Assembly: GCA_963794975.1 (NCBI GenBank)
Contig: CAWCGL010000009.1
Span: 174,023 to 238,022, forward strand
Length of the DNA stretch: 64,000 bases
Source: an uncultured Pseudomonadota bacterium
Lineage (GTDB): Bacteria; Pseudomonadota; Gammaproteobacteria; Steroidobacterales; Steroidobacteraceae
Direction of reading: 5' to 3'
Shown: positions 27,559 through 39,354 of the stretch, in pieces
Numbering within the stretch: position 1 is the first letter of the stretch
Layout of the letters: each line of letters starts with the position of its first letter
Position numbers and translations under genes: made by a program
Notes under the pieces: model-generated
Told to the model about the DNA's origin: nothing
What the model saw: the letters and a program-made list of their open reading frames with translations, nothing else
Database searches by the model: none

Positions 27559-30090
27559 TCACCTGCGGCGCGTGCCGCGCACCGGCTGTGCCTCGAGCGG
27601 GTTCTCGGGCCAGTAGTGCCTGGGGTAGCGGCCGCGCATGTCCTTGCGCACTTCGGCATAGGCACCGCGCCAGAAGCTGGCCAGGTCGCGCGTCACCTGC
27701 AGCGGGCGCTGCGCCGGGGACAGCAGCTTGAAGGTGACCGCGACGCGGCCGCGGCCGAGCAGCGGCGAGGCGGACAGCCCGAATACCTCCTGCAGCCGCA
27801 CCGACACCGCCGGCGCACTGTCGTCGAGGTAGTCCACGCGGATGCGCGAGCCGGTGGGCATGGTGAGGTGCGTGGGCGCCCACTCATCCAGCTCGCCCTT
27901 CTGCACCCGGCTCAGCAGCGCCCGCAGGGCTTCCGCCACCGGCACCTTCGCCAGGTGCTCGCGCCGTGTCACCCCGTCCAGCCAGGGGACCAGCCACTCG
28001 AAGGATGCACCGAGCGCCGCATCGCTCACCTGCGGCCAGGCGCCGCCGGCCTCGGGCCCGAGCGCGGCGCGCACGAACTCGATGCGCGCCTGCAGGTCGC
28101 GGGCATCGCGGTCCCAGCCCAGCGCCGCCACCCCCAGCTCGCGCAGGCCCTGCAGCATCGCGCGCTGCGCCGCCTCCGGCGGCACCTCCGCCATGGGCTT
28201 GTCCTCGAGCACCAGGGCGCCCAGGGACAGCGTGCGCCGCGCCAGCACCGCGCGCTCACGCGGGCTCCATTCGACTGACTCGCCGCGCAGCAGCTGCGCG
28301 GCGAAATGGCGCGACAGGTCGGCAGGATCCAGGGCTGCGGCCATGAGGATGCGCGCGTCGCGGTCGCGGTCATCCAGGTCGACCGCGACGATAAACTCCT
28401 GCCGCGCCAGTCCCTGGGGTTCGCTGAAGTGCGCACCGCGGCCGTTGGCGAGGGTGTAGCGCCCTTCCCCGCCGGGACGCTTGCGCCCGATGCGGTCGGG
28501 GTAGGCGAAGGCGAGCAGCAGGCCCGGCGAGCTGGCCTCCTCCGCCGCCGCCGGCGGGCCGCCGGCCAGCTGCTGCTCCAGGGACCGTGCGGCCTGGCGG
28601 GCGCGCTGCAGGGTGCCGCGATCCGGCGCCAGGTGCCCACCCTCGCCGCGCAGGATCTCCAGCCGGGTGCGGATGTCCCCGTCGCGCGCGCCGCCGCCAC
28701 GCAGCAGGTCGCGCTCGGACAACAGCGCCGCCAGCTGCCCGGCGAGGCGCAGCAGCCCAAGCGCGCGCGCGCGCAGCAGCATGTGCGCCAGGCGCGGGTG
28801 CACGCCGATGCGGGCCATCTCGCGGCCGTGCGCCGTGATGCGGCCGTCGCCATCGAGCGCGCCCAGCAGGCGCAGCAGGTCGCGGGCGCTGCCGAGCATC
28901 GCCGGCGGCGGCGGGTCTAGCCAGCGCAGCTCCCCCGCATCGCGCGTGCCCCAGCTGGCCAGTTCCAGCGCCAGGGACGCAAGGTCCGCCTCGGCGATCT
29001 CCGGCGCGGTGAATGCGGCCAGGCCCGCCTGTGCGCCCTCGCTCCAGCCGCGGTAGCAGACCCCTTCCTGCGTGCGTCCGGCGCGGCCGCGGCGCTGTTC
29101 GGCCGAGGCCCGCGAGATGCGCTGCGTCTCCAGCCGGCTCATGCCGGTGACCGGGTCGAAGCGTGCGCGGCGCATGAGGCCGCAATCGACCACGACGCGC
29201 ACGCCCGGGATCGTCAGGCTGGTCTCGGCGATGTTGGTGGCCAGCACCACCTTGCGCTCCCCGCGCGCCGCCGGCTGCAGTGCGGCGTCCTGCTGTTCGC
29301 CCGACAGGTCACCGAACAGCGGCAGCACCCGCGTACCCGGCGGCAGCGCGGCGCCGGCGAGGTGGGCCTGCACGCGGCGGATCTCGGCGGCACCCGGCAG
29401 GAACACCAGTATGTCGCCGTGTTCCGCGTTCAGGGCGAGAGCGATCATCTGCGTCACGCGCCGTTCGGCGCTGTCCGGCGCGCGGCCCGCCGCGTTCGGC
29501 AGCGGCGGCGCTCCGGTGCCGTGGAAGCGCGTCGCGACCGCAAAGCTGCGGCCGGGCGCGCTGACCAGCGGGGCGTCGCCGAGCAGGCGCGCCACCGCGG
29601 CGGTGTCGAGCGTGGCCGACATGACCAGCACCCGCAGGCCCGGGTTCAGCTGCGCGCGGGCGTCGAGGGTGAGCGCGAGCCCGAGGTCCGCCTGCAGGCT
29701 GCGCTCGTGGAACTCGTCGAAGATGACCACGGCGACATCCTCCAGCGCCGGGTCCGCCTGCAGCAGCCGGGTCAGGATTCCCTCGGTGATGACCTCCACG
29801 CGCGTCGCGCCCGAGACGCGCGTGTCCAGCCGCATGCGGTAGCCGACGGTGCGGCCCACGCTCTCGCCGAGGGTATGCGCCATGCGGCTGGCAACCGCGC
29901 GCGCCGCCAGCCGCCGCGGCTCGAGCATGAGCACGCGCCGCCCGGCCACCCAGTCCTCCTCCAGCAGGGCGAGCGGCACCACCGTGCTCTTGCCCGCCCC
30001 CGGGGGCGCCTGCAGCACGGCCGCCCCGGCGGCGCGCAGGGCCGTGCACAGCGGCCCGAGCGCCTCATCGATCGGCAGCCCGGATCTCAC
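27559..30090 (-). CDS. hrpB: ATP-dependent RNA helicase HrpB
   Basis: A GTG start at 30090 overlaps the upstream stop (GTGA). It has Walker A (APPGAGKST), the DEAH box (VIFDEFHERS), and a C-terminal HrpB-specific region ending PRHYWPENP. Confidence 0.88.
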   Translation of the reverse strand: MRSGLPIDEALGPLCTALRAAGAAVLQAPPGAGKSTVVPLALLEEDWVAGRRVLMLEPRRLAARAVASRMAHTLGESVGRTVGYRMRLDTRVSGATRVEVITEGILTRLLQADPALEDVAVVIFDEFHERSLQADLGLALTLDARAQLNPGLRVLVMSATLDTAAVARLLGDAPLVSAPGRSFAVATRFHGTGAPPLPNAAGRAPDSAERRVTQMIALALNAEHGDILVFLPGAAEIRRVQAHLAGAALPPGTRVLPLFGDLSGEQQDAALQPAARGERKVVLATNIAETSLTIPGVRVVVDCGLMRRARFDPVTGMSRLETQRISRASAEQRRGRAGRTQEGVCYRGWSEGAQAGLAAFTAPEIAEADLASLALELASWGTRDAGELRWLDPPPPAMLGSARDLLRLLGALDGDGRITAHGREMARIGVHPRLAHMLLRARALGLLRLAGQLAALLSERDLLRGGGARDGDIRTRLEILRGEGGHLAPDRGTLQRARQAARSLEQQLAGGPPAAAEEASSPGLLLAFAYPDRIGRKRPGGEGRYTLANGRGAHFSEPQGLARQEFIVAVDLDDRDRDARILMAAALDPADLSRHFAAQLLRGESVEWSPRERAVLARRTLSLGALVLEDKPMAEVPPEAAQRAMLQGLRELGVAALGWDRDARDLQARIEFVRAALGPEAGGAWPQVSDAALGASFEWLVPWLDGVTRREHLAKVPVAEALRALLSRVQKGELDEWAPTHLTMPTGSRIRVDYLDDSAPAVSVRLQEVFGLSASPLLGRGRVAVTFKLLSPAQRPLQVTRDLASFWRGAYAEVRKDMRGRYPRHYWPENPLEAQPVRGTRRR

Positions 30091-32144
30091 CAGATGCGGA
30101 CGCGCTCGTCCGGTGCCAGGTAGAGCTTGTCGTCCGCGGTGACGCCGAAGGCGGCATACCAGGCATCGACGTTGCGCACCACCCCGTTCACCCGGAAGCG
30201 GCCCGGGCTGTGCGGGTCGCTGAGCACCTGCGAGCGCAGCGCCTCGTCGCGGTCCAGGCCGCGCCACACCTGCGCGAACGACAGGAAGAAGCGCTGGTCG
30301 GCGCCGATCCCGTCCAGCACCGGCGGGGTATGGCCGCGCAGCGAGCGGTGGTAGGCGTCGTAGGCGACCGAGATGCCGCCCAGGTCGCCGATGTTCTCGC
30401 CGAGCGTCAGGCGGCCGTTGACCTTCAGTCCCGGCAGCGCGGTGAACTCGTCGTACTGCGCAGCGAGTGAATCGGTGCGCTTCTTGAACGCCTCGGTGTC
30501 CGCCGGCGCCCACCAGGTGCGCAGCACGCCGCGCGCATCGGACTTGGAGCCCTGGTCATCGAAGCCGTGCCCCATCTCGTGGCCGATCACCACGCCGATG
30601 CCGCCGTAGTTGACGGCCGGGTCGGCATTGGGGTCGAAGAACGGCGCCTGCAGGATCGCCGCCGGGAACACCACCTCGTTGAAGGTCGGGTTGTAGTAGG
30701 CATTGATCGTCTGCGGGGTCATGCCCCACTCGCTGCGGTCGGTCGGATCGTTGAGGCGCTTGACCTCGCGGTTCCACTCGAAGACGCGCGCGCGGATGGC
30801 GTTGCCGAAGGCGTCTCCGGCCACGACCGACAGCTGCGAGTAGTCGCGCCACTTGTCCGGGTAGCCGAGCTTGGGGTGGAAAGCGGCGAGTTTCTCCAGC
30901 GCCACCTTCTTGGTGGCCGGCGTCATCCACGGCAGCTTCTTGATGCGCTCGGCGTAGGTGGCGCGCAGGTTCTCGACCAGCTCGCGCACCTGCGCCTTGG
31001 AGGACGCCGGGAAGTAGCGCTCCACGTACAGCGCGCCCACCGCCTCCCCCAGGTCATTGTCCAGCACGCGCACCGCGCGCTTCTCGCGCGCGCGCTGCTC
31101 CGGCTGCCCCTGCAGCGTGTGTCCATAGAAGTCGAAGGCCTCCGCGTCGAAGGCGTGCGGCAGCACCGCGGCCACGCTTATCGCGTAGTGGTACTTGAAG
31201 TAGGCGCGCCAGGTCTCCAGCGGCACCTGCAGGAACAGCTGCGCCAGGCCCTGCACCGCGTCGGTCTCGCGTACGACGAACTGCGGCTGCGCATCGACGC
31301 CCTCGGTGGCGAGCAGGGTCTCCCAGAAGAACCCCGGCGCCATCGCCTCCAGTTGCCCGCGCGTGCGCGGGTTGTAGGTGAGGTCGCGCTCGCGGCGCTT
31401 GGCCGCCGGCCAGTGCAGCTTCGCGATCTGCGTCTCCACATCGAGGATCGCCTGCGCCTCGGCGGCCGGCTGCTGCTCGCCGATCAGGGTGAGCATGTGG
31501 GTGATGTGGGCGACGTACTTGGTGCGCAGCCCGGCGTACACCGGGTCATCCTTCAGGTAGTAGTCGCGGTCCGGCATGCCCAGGCCGCTTTGCGTGATGA
31601 TCACGTCGTAGCGGTCCGGATTCTTCTGGTCGATGGAGATGCCGATACGCAGCGGCGCCAGGAGGGCCAGGTCCGGCCGCCCCATGAGCCGCGTCAGGTC
31701 ATGGTAGTTGCGCGCCTGGGTGATGGCGTCGATGGCGGCCCGCGCCGGCTCGATGCCGCGCTGCTCGATCGCCGCGCTGTCCATGAAGGCGCGGTAGTAG
31801 TCGCCGACCTTCTGGTCGTTGCTGCCCTCGGCGGCCTGCGCCGGCAGGCCCTGCACGATGGCCAGCACCTGCTGCTGCGCGCGCTCGTCGAGCTCGGCGA
31901 AGGACCCCCAGCGCGTGCGGTCGGGCGGAATCTGGTTGCTGTCGAGCCAGTGGCCGTCCGCGTAGCGGTAGAAGTCATCCCCCGGGCGCACGCTCAGGTC
32001 GCGCGACCCCAGATCGATGCCCCACGGCGGTATGCTCGGCGCTGCGCGGGGCGCAGCTGGCGGCCGGGATGCCGCCGCGCTCCAGGCCCCTGCCACGATC
32101 AGTGTGCCAGCCGCGCAGGCCGCCGCGATCCCTTGCTTCCACAT
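30087..32144 (-). CDS. M13-family zinc metallopeptidase (PepO/endothelin-converting-enzyme-like), secreted
   Basis: 685 aa with a signal peptide. It has the HEXXH motif VIGHEMGHGFD, a downstream GENIGDLGG motif and a C-terminal ..ERVRIW. Confidence 0.9.
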   Translation of the reverse strand: MWKQGIAAACAAGTLIVAGAWSAAASRPPAAPRAAPSIPPWGIDLGSRDLSVRPGDDFYRYADGHWLDSNQIPPDRTRWGSFAELDERAQQQVLAIVQGLPAQAAEGSNDQKVGDYYRAFMDSAAIEQRGIEPARAAIDAITQARNYHDLTRLMGRPDLALLAPLRIGISIDQKNPDRYDVIITQSGLGMPDRDYYLKDDPVYAGLRTKYVAHITHMLTLIGEQQPAAEAQAILDVETQIAKLHWPAAKRRERDLTYNPRTRGQLEAMAPGFFWETLLATEGVDAQPQFVVRETDAVQGLAQLFLQVPLETWRAYFKYHYAISVAAVLPHAFDAEAFDFYGHTLQGQPEQRAREKRAVRVLDNDLGEAVGALYVERYFPASSKAQVRELVENLRATYAERIKKLPWMTPATKKVALEKLAAFHPKLGYPDKWRDYSQLSVVAGDAFGNAIRARVFEWNREVKRLNDPTDRSEWGMTPQTINAYYNPTFNEVVFPAAILQAPFFDPNADPAVNYGGIGVVIGHEMGHGFDDQGSKSDARGVLRTWWAPADTEAFKKRTDSLAAQYDEFTALPGLKVNGRLTLGENIGDLGGISVAYDAYHRSLRGHTPPVLDGIGADQRFFLSFAQVWRGLDRDEALRSQVLSDPHSPGRFRVNGVVRNVDAWYAAFGVTADDKLYLAPDERVRIW

Positions 32145-32163
32145 ATGCGCACTCCAGAAGAAA

Positions 32164-32535
32164 TCAGTGGCGCCACACGCCCCAGGCGAACAGCAGCCAG
32201 CCGCCGATCCAGGCCAGCCCGCCGACCGGCGTGAGCAGGCCGAGCGCGCGCGGCGCCGAGAAACTCAGTGCGTACAGGCTGCCGCAGAACAGCACGATCC
32301 CCGCCGTGATCAGCAGCGCGGCGGCGCGCAGCGCCGCCGCATCGAGGCTGCGCAGCGCCAGGCCCACCCCCATCAGCCCGAGGGCCTGGAAGAAATGGTA
32401 GCGCACCGCGGTCTCCCACAGCTGCAGGCGGTCCGCCGCCAGCTGCCCCTTGAGCAGGTGCGCGCCGAAGGCTCCGCACACGGTCGCCAGCGCCAGCAGG
32501 ACGCCGGCGAGGGCCAGCGTCCGGCTGCTATTCAC
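32164..32535 (-). CDS. DUF423 (YgdD-like) membrane protein
   Basis: 123 aa with four TM helices. GAFGAHLLK...AVRYHFFQALGL is a typical DUF423 pattern. Confidence 0.8.
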   Translation of the reverse strand: MNSSRTLALAGVLLALATVCGAFGAHLLKGQLAADRLQLWETAVRYHFFQALGLMGVGLALRSLDAAALRAAALLITAGIVLFCGSLYALSFSAPRALGLLTPVGGLAWIGGWLLFAWGVWRH

Positions 32536-33274
32536 CGTGCTTGCCGAGGAACGGCTTGATCAGGTCCAGCGGCAGCGGGAAGACCACGATCTGGGTGCGC
32601 TCGTGCGCGATGTCGGCGAGGGTCTGCAGGTAGCGCAGCTGCAGCGCACTCGGGGCCTGCTCGAGCGACTTCGCGGCATCGACCAGCATCGCCGCCGCCT
32701 GGCTTTCGCCCTCGGCGTGGATGATCTTGGCGCGGCGGGTGCGCTCGGCCTCGGCCTGCTTGGCCATCGCGCGGATCATGCTCTCGTCGAGGTCGACGTC
32801 CTTGATCTCGACGTTGGAGACCTTGATCCCCCAGGTCTCGGTGCTCTGGTCGAGGATGCGCTGCAGATCGACGTTGAGCTTGTCGCGCTGCGAGAGCAGG
32901 TCGTCCATCTCGTGCTGGCCGACCACCGAGCGCAGGGTGGTCTGCGCCACCTGACTGGTCGCATCGAAGGCGTTCTCGACCTGGATGATCGCCTTGCCGG
33001 CATCGACGATGCGGAAGTAGACGACCGCGTTCACCTTGACGGAGACGTTGTCGCGCGTGATCACGTCCTGCTTGGGCACGTTGAGCACGATGACGCGCAG
33101 GTCGACCTTGCGCATCTGCTGCACGATCGGCCAGACGAGGATCATGCCCGGTCCCTTGATGCCCTTGAAGCGGCCGAGCGTGAACATGACGCCGCGCTCG
33201 TACTCGTTCAGCACCTTCAGGGAGCTGAACAGCAGCACGATCACAAGCACGATGAGGGCAATTCCGAACGGCAT
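32528..33274 (-). CDS. SPFH/band-7 slipin (stomatin-like) protein
   Basis: 248 aa with an N-terminal TM segment and an SPFH core (VLNEYERGVMFTLGRF..GPGMILV..DLRV...VPKQDVITRDNVSVKVNAVVYFRI). It lies downstream of nfeD. Confidence 0.88.
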   Translation of the reverse strand: MPFGIALIVLVIVLLFSSLKVLNEYERGVMFTLGRFKGIKGPGMILVWPIVQQMRKVDLRVIVLNVPKQDVITRDNVSVKVNAVVYFRIVDAGKAIIQVENAFDATSQVAQTTLRSVVGQHEMDDLLSQRDKLNVDLQRILDQSTETWGIKVSNVEIKDVDLDESMIRAMAKQAEAERTRRAKIIHAEGESQAAAMLVDAAKSLEQAPSALQLRYLQTLADIAHERTQIVVFPLPLDLIKPFLGKHGE

Positions 33275-33298
33275 GGTGCGTCTCCGGTTAGCGCAGGT

Positions 33299-34714
33299 TC
33301 ACTGCGGCTCGACCCATAATGTTAGCCCTTCCACCCTCACGATGCGCGCGCCATCGCCCGGGCGCATCGGCCCCGCGCTGCGCGCATTCCACAGCTCGCC
33401 GCCGAAGCGTACCCGCCCGCGTCCGGGGAACTCGCCGACCACCTCGGCGCTGGCGCCGATCATGGCCTCCACGCCGGTAGTCACCGGGGTGCGCATGGCG
33501 CGCGTGGCCATGAACACGATCCCCGCGATCGCCAGCGCCCCGAAGGTGGCGATCGCTGCGATCAGGGGCCGGCCGACACCCATGCCCGGCACGTCGGAGT
33601 CAAAGAGGATGAGCGAGCCGACCACGAAGGCGATCAGGCCGCCGATCCCGAGCGAGCCATAGGTGGGGAAGAAGAACTCCGCGACGATCATGCCGACGCC
33701 GACCGCCACCAGCGCCAGTCCCGCGTAGTTGACCGACAGGATCTGGAAGGCGAACAGCGCAATGATCAGGCAGATCGAGCCGACCACTCCGGGCAGCACC
33801 GCGCCCGGGTTGTAGCCCTCCAGCAGCAGCCCCCAGATGCCGATCAGCATCAGCCCGTAGGCCACGGTGGGATTGGTGATGACGGCCAGCAGCTGCGTGC
33901 GCCAGTCGGGCCGGGCACGCACGACCGTGAGGCCGCGGGTGGCAAGCTTCACCGTGTTACCGGCGACCTGCACTTCACGCCCGTCGATGCGCGCGAGCAG
34001 CTCCGGGATGTCCTTCGCGACCACGTCGATGACCTTCTGCTGCAGGGCGGCGTTGGCGGACAGGCTCGCGGCCCCGCGCACCGCCTGCTCGGCCCACTCG
34101 ACGTTACGCCCACGCAGCTCGGCGAGCCCGCGGATGTAGGCGACGGCATCGTTCACCACCTTGTGCTGCATGGCGCTGCCGGGGGCAGGCTCCTTGGCCT
34201 CAGCGCCCGGCGGGGCCGCGCCGGGCTTCGCCGCGCCGCCGGGCAGCGGCACCGGCGCCGGTGCAGACTCGCCTTCGCCGCCGATCGAGACCGGGGTGGC
34301 AGCGCCGAGGTTGGTAGCCGGCGCCATCGCCGCGATCTGGCTTGCGTAGAGGATGTAGGTGCCGGCGCTGGCCGCGCGCGCCCCGGAGGGGGCGACGTAG
34401 CTGGCCACCGGCACGGGCGAGGCCAGGATCGCGCGGATGATGTCGCGCATCGCGCTGTCGAGCCCACCGGGGGTATCCAGCTGCAGAATCACCAGGCGGC
34501 TGCCACTGGCGGCCGCAGCGGCGATGCCGCGCTCGACATAGCGCGAAGTAGCAGGGCCGATCGGCCCGTTGATCTCCAGCACGCTGGCCACGCCCTCGGC
34601 CACCGCATCCGCTGCCGGACGCGGCGGAGCCTGGCCGGCAGCGACACCGGCAATCACGACAAGCGCCAGCGCGAGCAGCGAGGCGCGCCGTGCGTATGGC
34701 CGTGGGAGTCTCAT
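33299..34714 (-). CDS. NfeD-family membrane-bound ClpP-class serine protease
   Basis: 471 aa. It has a signal peptide, a ClpP-like domain (LVILQLDTPGGLDSAMRDII..SAGTYILYAS), four or five TM helices and a C-terminal OB-fold (GRGRVRFGGELWNARS). Confidence 0.88.
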   Translation of the reverse strand: MRLPRPYARRASLLALALVVIAGVAAGQAPPRPAADAVAEGVASVLEINGPIGPATSRYVERGIAAAAASGSRLVILQLDTPGGLDSAMRDIIRAILASPVPVASYVAPSGARAASAGTYILYASQIAAMAPATNLGAATPVSIGGEGESAPAPVPLPGGAAKPGAAPPGAEAKEPAPGSAMQHKVVNDAVAYIRGLAELRGRNVEWAEQAVRGAASLSANAALQQKVIDVVAKDIPELLARIDGREVQVAGNTVKLATRGLTVVRARPDWRTQLLAVITNPTVAYGLMLIGIWGLLLEGYNPGAVLPGVVGSICLIIALFAFQILSVNYAGLALVAVGVGMIVAEFFFPTYGSLGIGGLIAFVVGSLILFDSDVPGMGVGRPLIAAIATFGALAIAGIVFMATRAMRTPVTTGVEAMIGASAEVVGEFPGRGRVRFGGELWNARSAGPMRPGDGARIVRVEGLTLWVEPQ

Positions 34715-34770
34715 GCGATCACCCTACTCTTGGCCGAGTTGCGTCCGCAATCCCGCCCCCGGCGGCGGTC

Positions 34771-35871
34771 CTAGGCCAGTGCGCGCACGCCCTGGTACCC
34801 CAGGTACAGCCCGACCAGCAGGATCAGCACGCCGGAGAAATACGGGGCGCGCCGCGCGAGCGCGGTGAAGCCGCCCATGTGCTTCGCCAGGTGCCGCACC
34901 CCGAGCGCCGCCAGCGCCCCGGAGGCCACCATGGTCACGGCGAGACCCAGGCTGAAGCCGAGCACCAGGGTCACCCCGAGGGCGAACTTCTTCAGCTGCA
35001 GGCACAGGAGCAGCACGGTCACGGCCGCCGGGCAGGGCAGCAGGCCGCCGGTCAGGCCGAACATCACGATCTGCCCGGTCGTGACCTCGCGGTTGGTGAA
35101 GCGGCGGCGGATATCATTGGCGTGCGCCAGCTCGTGCGGATCCTGGTAGCCGGGCGCGCTGACATCGAGGGCGTCGTAGTCCTTGATCGCGTGGCGGTGC
35201 GCCCCTTCCACGAACTCCAGGTCGTAGTCGTGCATGTGGTGGTCGTGGCCGAGCTTCAGGCGCGCCACGAACTCGTGCGGCGTGGCGACCGTCTGGCTCG
35301 ACACCAGGTGGTCGGACTCGCGCCGGAACGTGAACACCTCGCGGCTGCCGTCGGCGCGCTCGGTCTCCACCTGCACCTGCTCGGCCGAGCACAGCGGGCC
35401 GGCCTCGGCGTGCAGGCAGAAATGCGCCGCCCCGCCGTCGGATGACAGCGCCAGCAGGAACACGCCGTGGCCGGTGTCGACGCGGCGCGTGCCGTCGTGG
35501 TGATGATGGTCCTCGTGGGCATGCCGGGCCGCCGACGCACGCGAGGCGCGCCACAGCATCCACGCGGCAACCGCCACGATGATCACCGCCGAGGCGAGCT
35601 GCAGGTACGGCTCGGTGGCCTCGCTGTTGAAGCGGCTGCCGAAGTACAGGCCGGACAGACCGATCGCCCACACGATGGCCGTGTGCGAGACGGTCGCCGC
35701 CAGCCCCAGCAGGACCGCCTGTGCCAGCGTGCCGCGCACGGCGATGATGAACGCCGCCATCATCGTCTTCGAGTGCCCCGGCTCCAGGCCATGGAGCGCG
35801 CCGAGCAGCATGGCGCTGGGCACGAACAGCCAGGAGTTGCCCTGCTGCAGCAGCGTGCTGAAGGAAGTCAT
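34771..35871 (-). CDS. rcnA: nickel/cobalt efflux transporter, RcnA/NicO family, with a long His-rich and structured central loop
   Basis: Signature [19 protein letters not shown] near the N-terminus, second half GLLPCPAAV. Central loop [12 protein letters not shown].. and [19 protein letters not shown]. Confidence 0.8.
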   Translation of the reverse strand: MTSFSTLLQQGNSWLFVPSAMLLGALHGLEPGHSKTMMAAFIIAVRGTLAQAVLLGLAATVSHTAIVWAIGLSGLYFGSRFNSEATEPYLQLASAVIIVAVAAWMLWRASRASAARHAHEDHHHHDGTRRVDTGHGVFLLALSSDGGAAHFCLHAEAGPLCSAEQVQVETERADGSREVFTFRRESDHLVSSQTVATPHEFVARLKLGHDHHMHDYDLEFVEGAHRHAIKDYDALDVSAPGYQDPHELAHANDIRRRFTNREVTTGQIVMFGLTGGLLPCPAAVTVLLLCLQLKKFALGVTLVLGFSLGLAVTMVASGALAALGVRHLAKHMGGFTALARRAPYFSGVLILLVGLYLGYQGVRALA

Positions 35872-35887
35872 GGGACGGCGGAGTCCG

Positions 35888-35907
35888 CTATAGGGTGGGG
35901 GGTATAG
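35888..35907. promoter_or_regulatory. G-tract dyad CTATA-GGGTGGGGGG-TATAG, candidate RcnR/CsoR-type operator upstream of rcnA
   Basis: AT-rich inverted half-sites flank a G/C tract, 17-36 bp upstream of the rcnA ATG. This architecture resembles the E. coli RcnR site type (TACT-G6-N-AGTA). Confidence 0.4.
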
Positions 35908-35930
35908 TATATGCCCGCGTCGCTATGCCG

Positions 35931-38108
<2,178 letters not shown>

Positions 38109-38244
38109 AGGACCGCAAATTAGAACAGAACTGCCGTCCGCGGGTCACGCCGGCTAAGGCCTGGCGCGCTGGATACCCTGAAACCGGGGGTGAGGCCGCC
38201 GCGCCCGGCCGCGATCACCCCGCCCAGGGGCGCCATTTGCGTGT

Positions 38245-38262
38245 TACCAAGTTACCTTGGTA
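38245..38262. promoter_or_regulatory. 18-bp palindrome TACCAAG-TTAC-CTTGGTA within GTTACC/GGTACC/GTAACC repeats, candidate operator
   Basis: A perfect 7-bp inverted repeat lies 13 bp upstream of the ATG at 38275, embedded in four (G)GTWACC hexamers (38243-38273). Confidence 0.4.
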
Positions 38263-38274
38263 CCATCGTAACCC

Positions 38275-38529
38275 ATGAAAGACATCACCCGTACGCAGAC
38301 CGGAGTGCGCCTGGAGAGCCGACTCCTCAAGGTGCTCAAGGCGCTCGCCACCGAACTCGACCTCTCGCTCGGGGACCTGCTGGAAGGCATCGTGCTGCAC
38401 GCCTTCGAGGGCAAGGCGCCGTTCTCTGCCGCGACGCTGCGCAAGATCAAGGCGCTGCGCGCGGTCTACGGCCTGGACCTGGTGGCCGCCGACTCCCACC
38501 AGCTGCGCGAGGCCCCCGGTGAGCGCTGA
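38275..38529 (+). CDS. small hypothetical protein, ribbon-helix-helix-like N-terminus
   Basis: 84 aa. In TGVRLESRLLKVLKALATELDLSLGDLLEGIVLHAF the beta-strand, helix, helix spacing resembles CopG/Arc/MetJ-type RHH folds. The fold call comes from sequence pattern only. Confidence 0.5.
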   Translation: MKDITRTQTGVRLESRLLKVLKALATELDLSLGDLLEGIVLHAFEGKAPFSAATLRKIKALRAVYGLDLVAADSHQLREAPGER

Positions 38530-38905
38530 GCGGATCACGCTGCAGCGCTTCGTGCGCGGCGAGATCTGCGCCGCGGACTTCCCGCACCGCGAGCACGTGC
38601 GCATGGCCTTCGAGATGCTGCGCCAGCACGACTTCGCCGAGTCGCTCCTGCACTACTCGCGCGCGCTGCGCAACATGGCGGCGCGGGCCGGCAAGCCGCA
38701 GGCCTTCAACCAGACGATCACGGTGGCGTTCCTGGCGGTGATCGCGCAGCGCATGGAGTCAGCCGCGCACGTGGGCTTCGCAGACTTCGCCGCCGGCAAC
38801 GCCGACCTGTTCGAGCGCACGCTGCTGGCGCGCTGGTACCGACCCGAGCAACTCTCCTCTCCGCTGGCGAGCCGTTCGTTCGTGCTGCCGGACCCGCGGG
38901 CGTGA
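38519..38905 (+). CDS. hypothetical protein (128 aa, helical)
   Basis: It overlaps the upstream gene by 11 nt and the downstream gene by 4 nt (GTGA). The composition is non-shadow (FVRGEICAADFPHREHVRMAFEMLRQHDFAESLLHYSRALRNMA). I recognise no family. Confidence 0.5.
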   Translation: MSAERITLQRFVRGEICAADFPHREHVRMAFEMLRQHDFAESLLHYSRALRNMAARAGKPQAFNQTITVAFLAVIAQRMESAAHVGFADFAAGNADLFERTLLARWYRPEQLSSPLASRSFVLPDPRA

Positions 38906-39354
38906 GCCCGCCGGCGATCCTGGCCGGCTATCGCTACCTGTTCTGCGGTCTGCTGGTCATCGCCGGCGCGCAGGCGCTGAGCGAGGGCCCGGAACACGCG
39001 CATGCCGCGCTGCTGGGGATGGCGGAGGCGCCCGGCGCCGCACTGCTCGTGGTGCGCAGGACGCAGTGGCTCGGGGCGTGGACGCTGCTGGCGGTGTTCA
39101 GTTGCGCACAGATAGCCGCGGCACGCGCATCCGAATGGCCCGTACGCTTCGTGCTGTACGCGGCCTGCGCATTCCTGATCGTGCTGCTGGACGGCGCGCT
39201 TCGGCGCGGGCAGAAGGCGCACCAGCGTCCGCCCCGCCATGCTGGTCCGCATGCCTGCGGCCCGCTGCCGCGCGCCGATGCAGCCGCCACAGGAGCAGCG
39301 GCACGAGCGCGACCAGCCAGCCTGACGAGAAGGCCCCCGCCCCGCCCCTGTTGA
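38902..39354 (+). CDS. putative 4-TM membrane protein (3' end uncertain)
   Basis: Four hydrophobic segments are present (YRYLFCGLLVIAGAQAL, GAALLVV, LGAWTLLAVFSCAQIAAA, VRFVLYAACAFLIVLL). The Arg/Pro-rich tail overlaps the convergent lipoprotein ORF by 257 nt, so one of the two 3' ends is suspect. Confidence 0.35.
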   Translation: MSPPAILAGYRYLFCGLLVIAGAQALSEGPEHAHAALLGMAEAPGAALLVVRRTQWLGAWTLLAVFSCAQIAAARASEWPVRFVLYAACAFLIVLLDGALRRGQKAHQRPPRHAGPHACGPLPRADAAATGAAARARPASLTRRPPPRPC

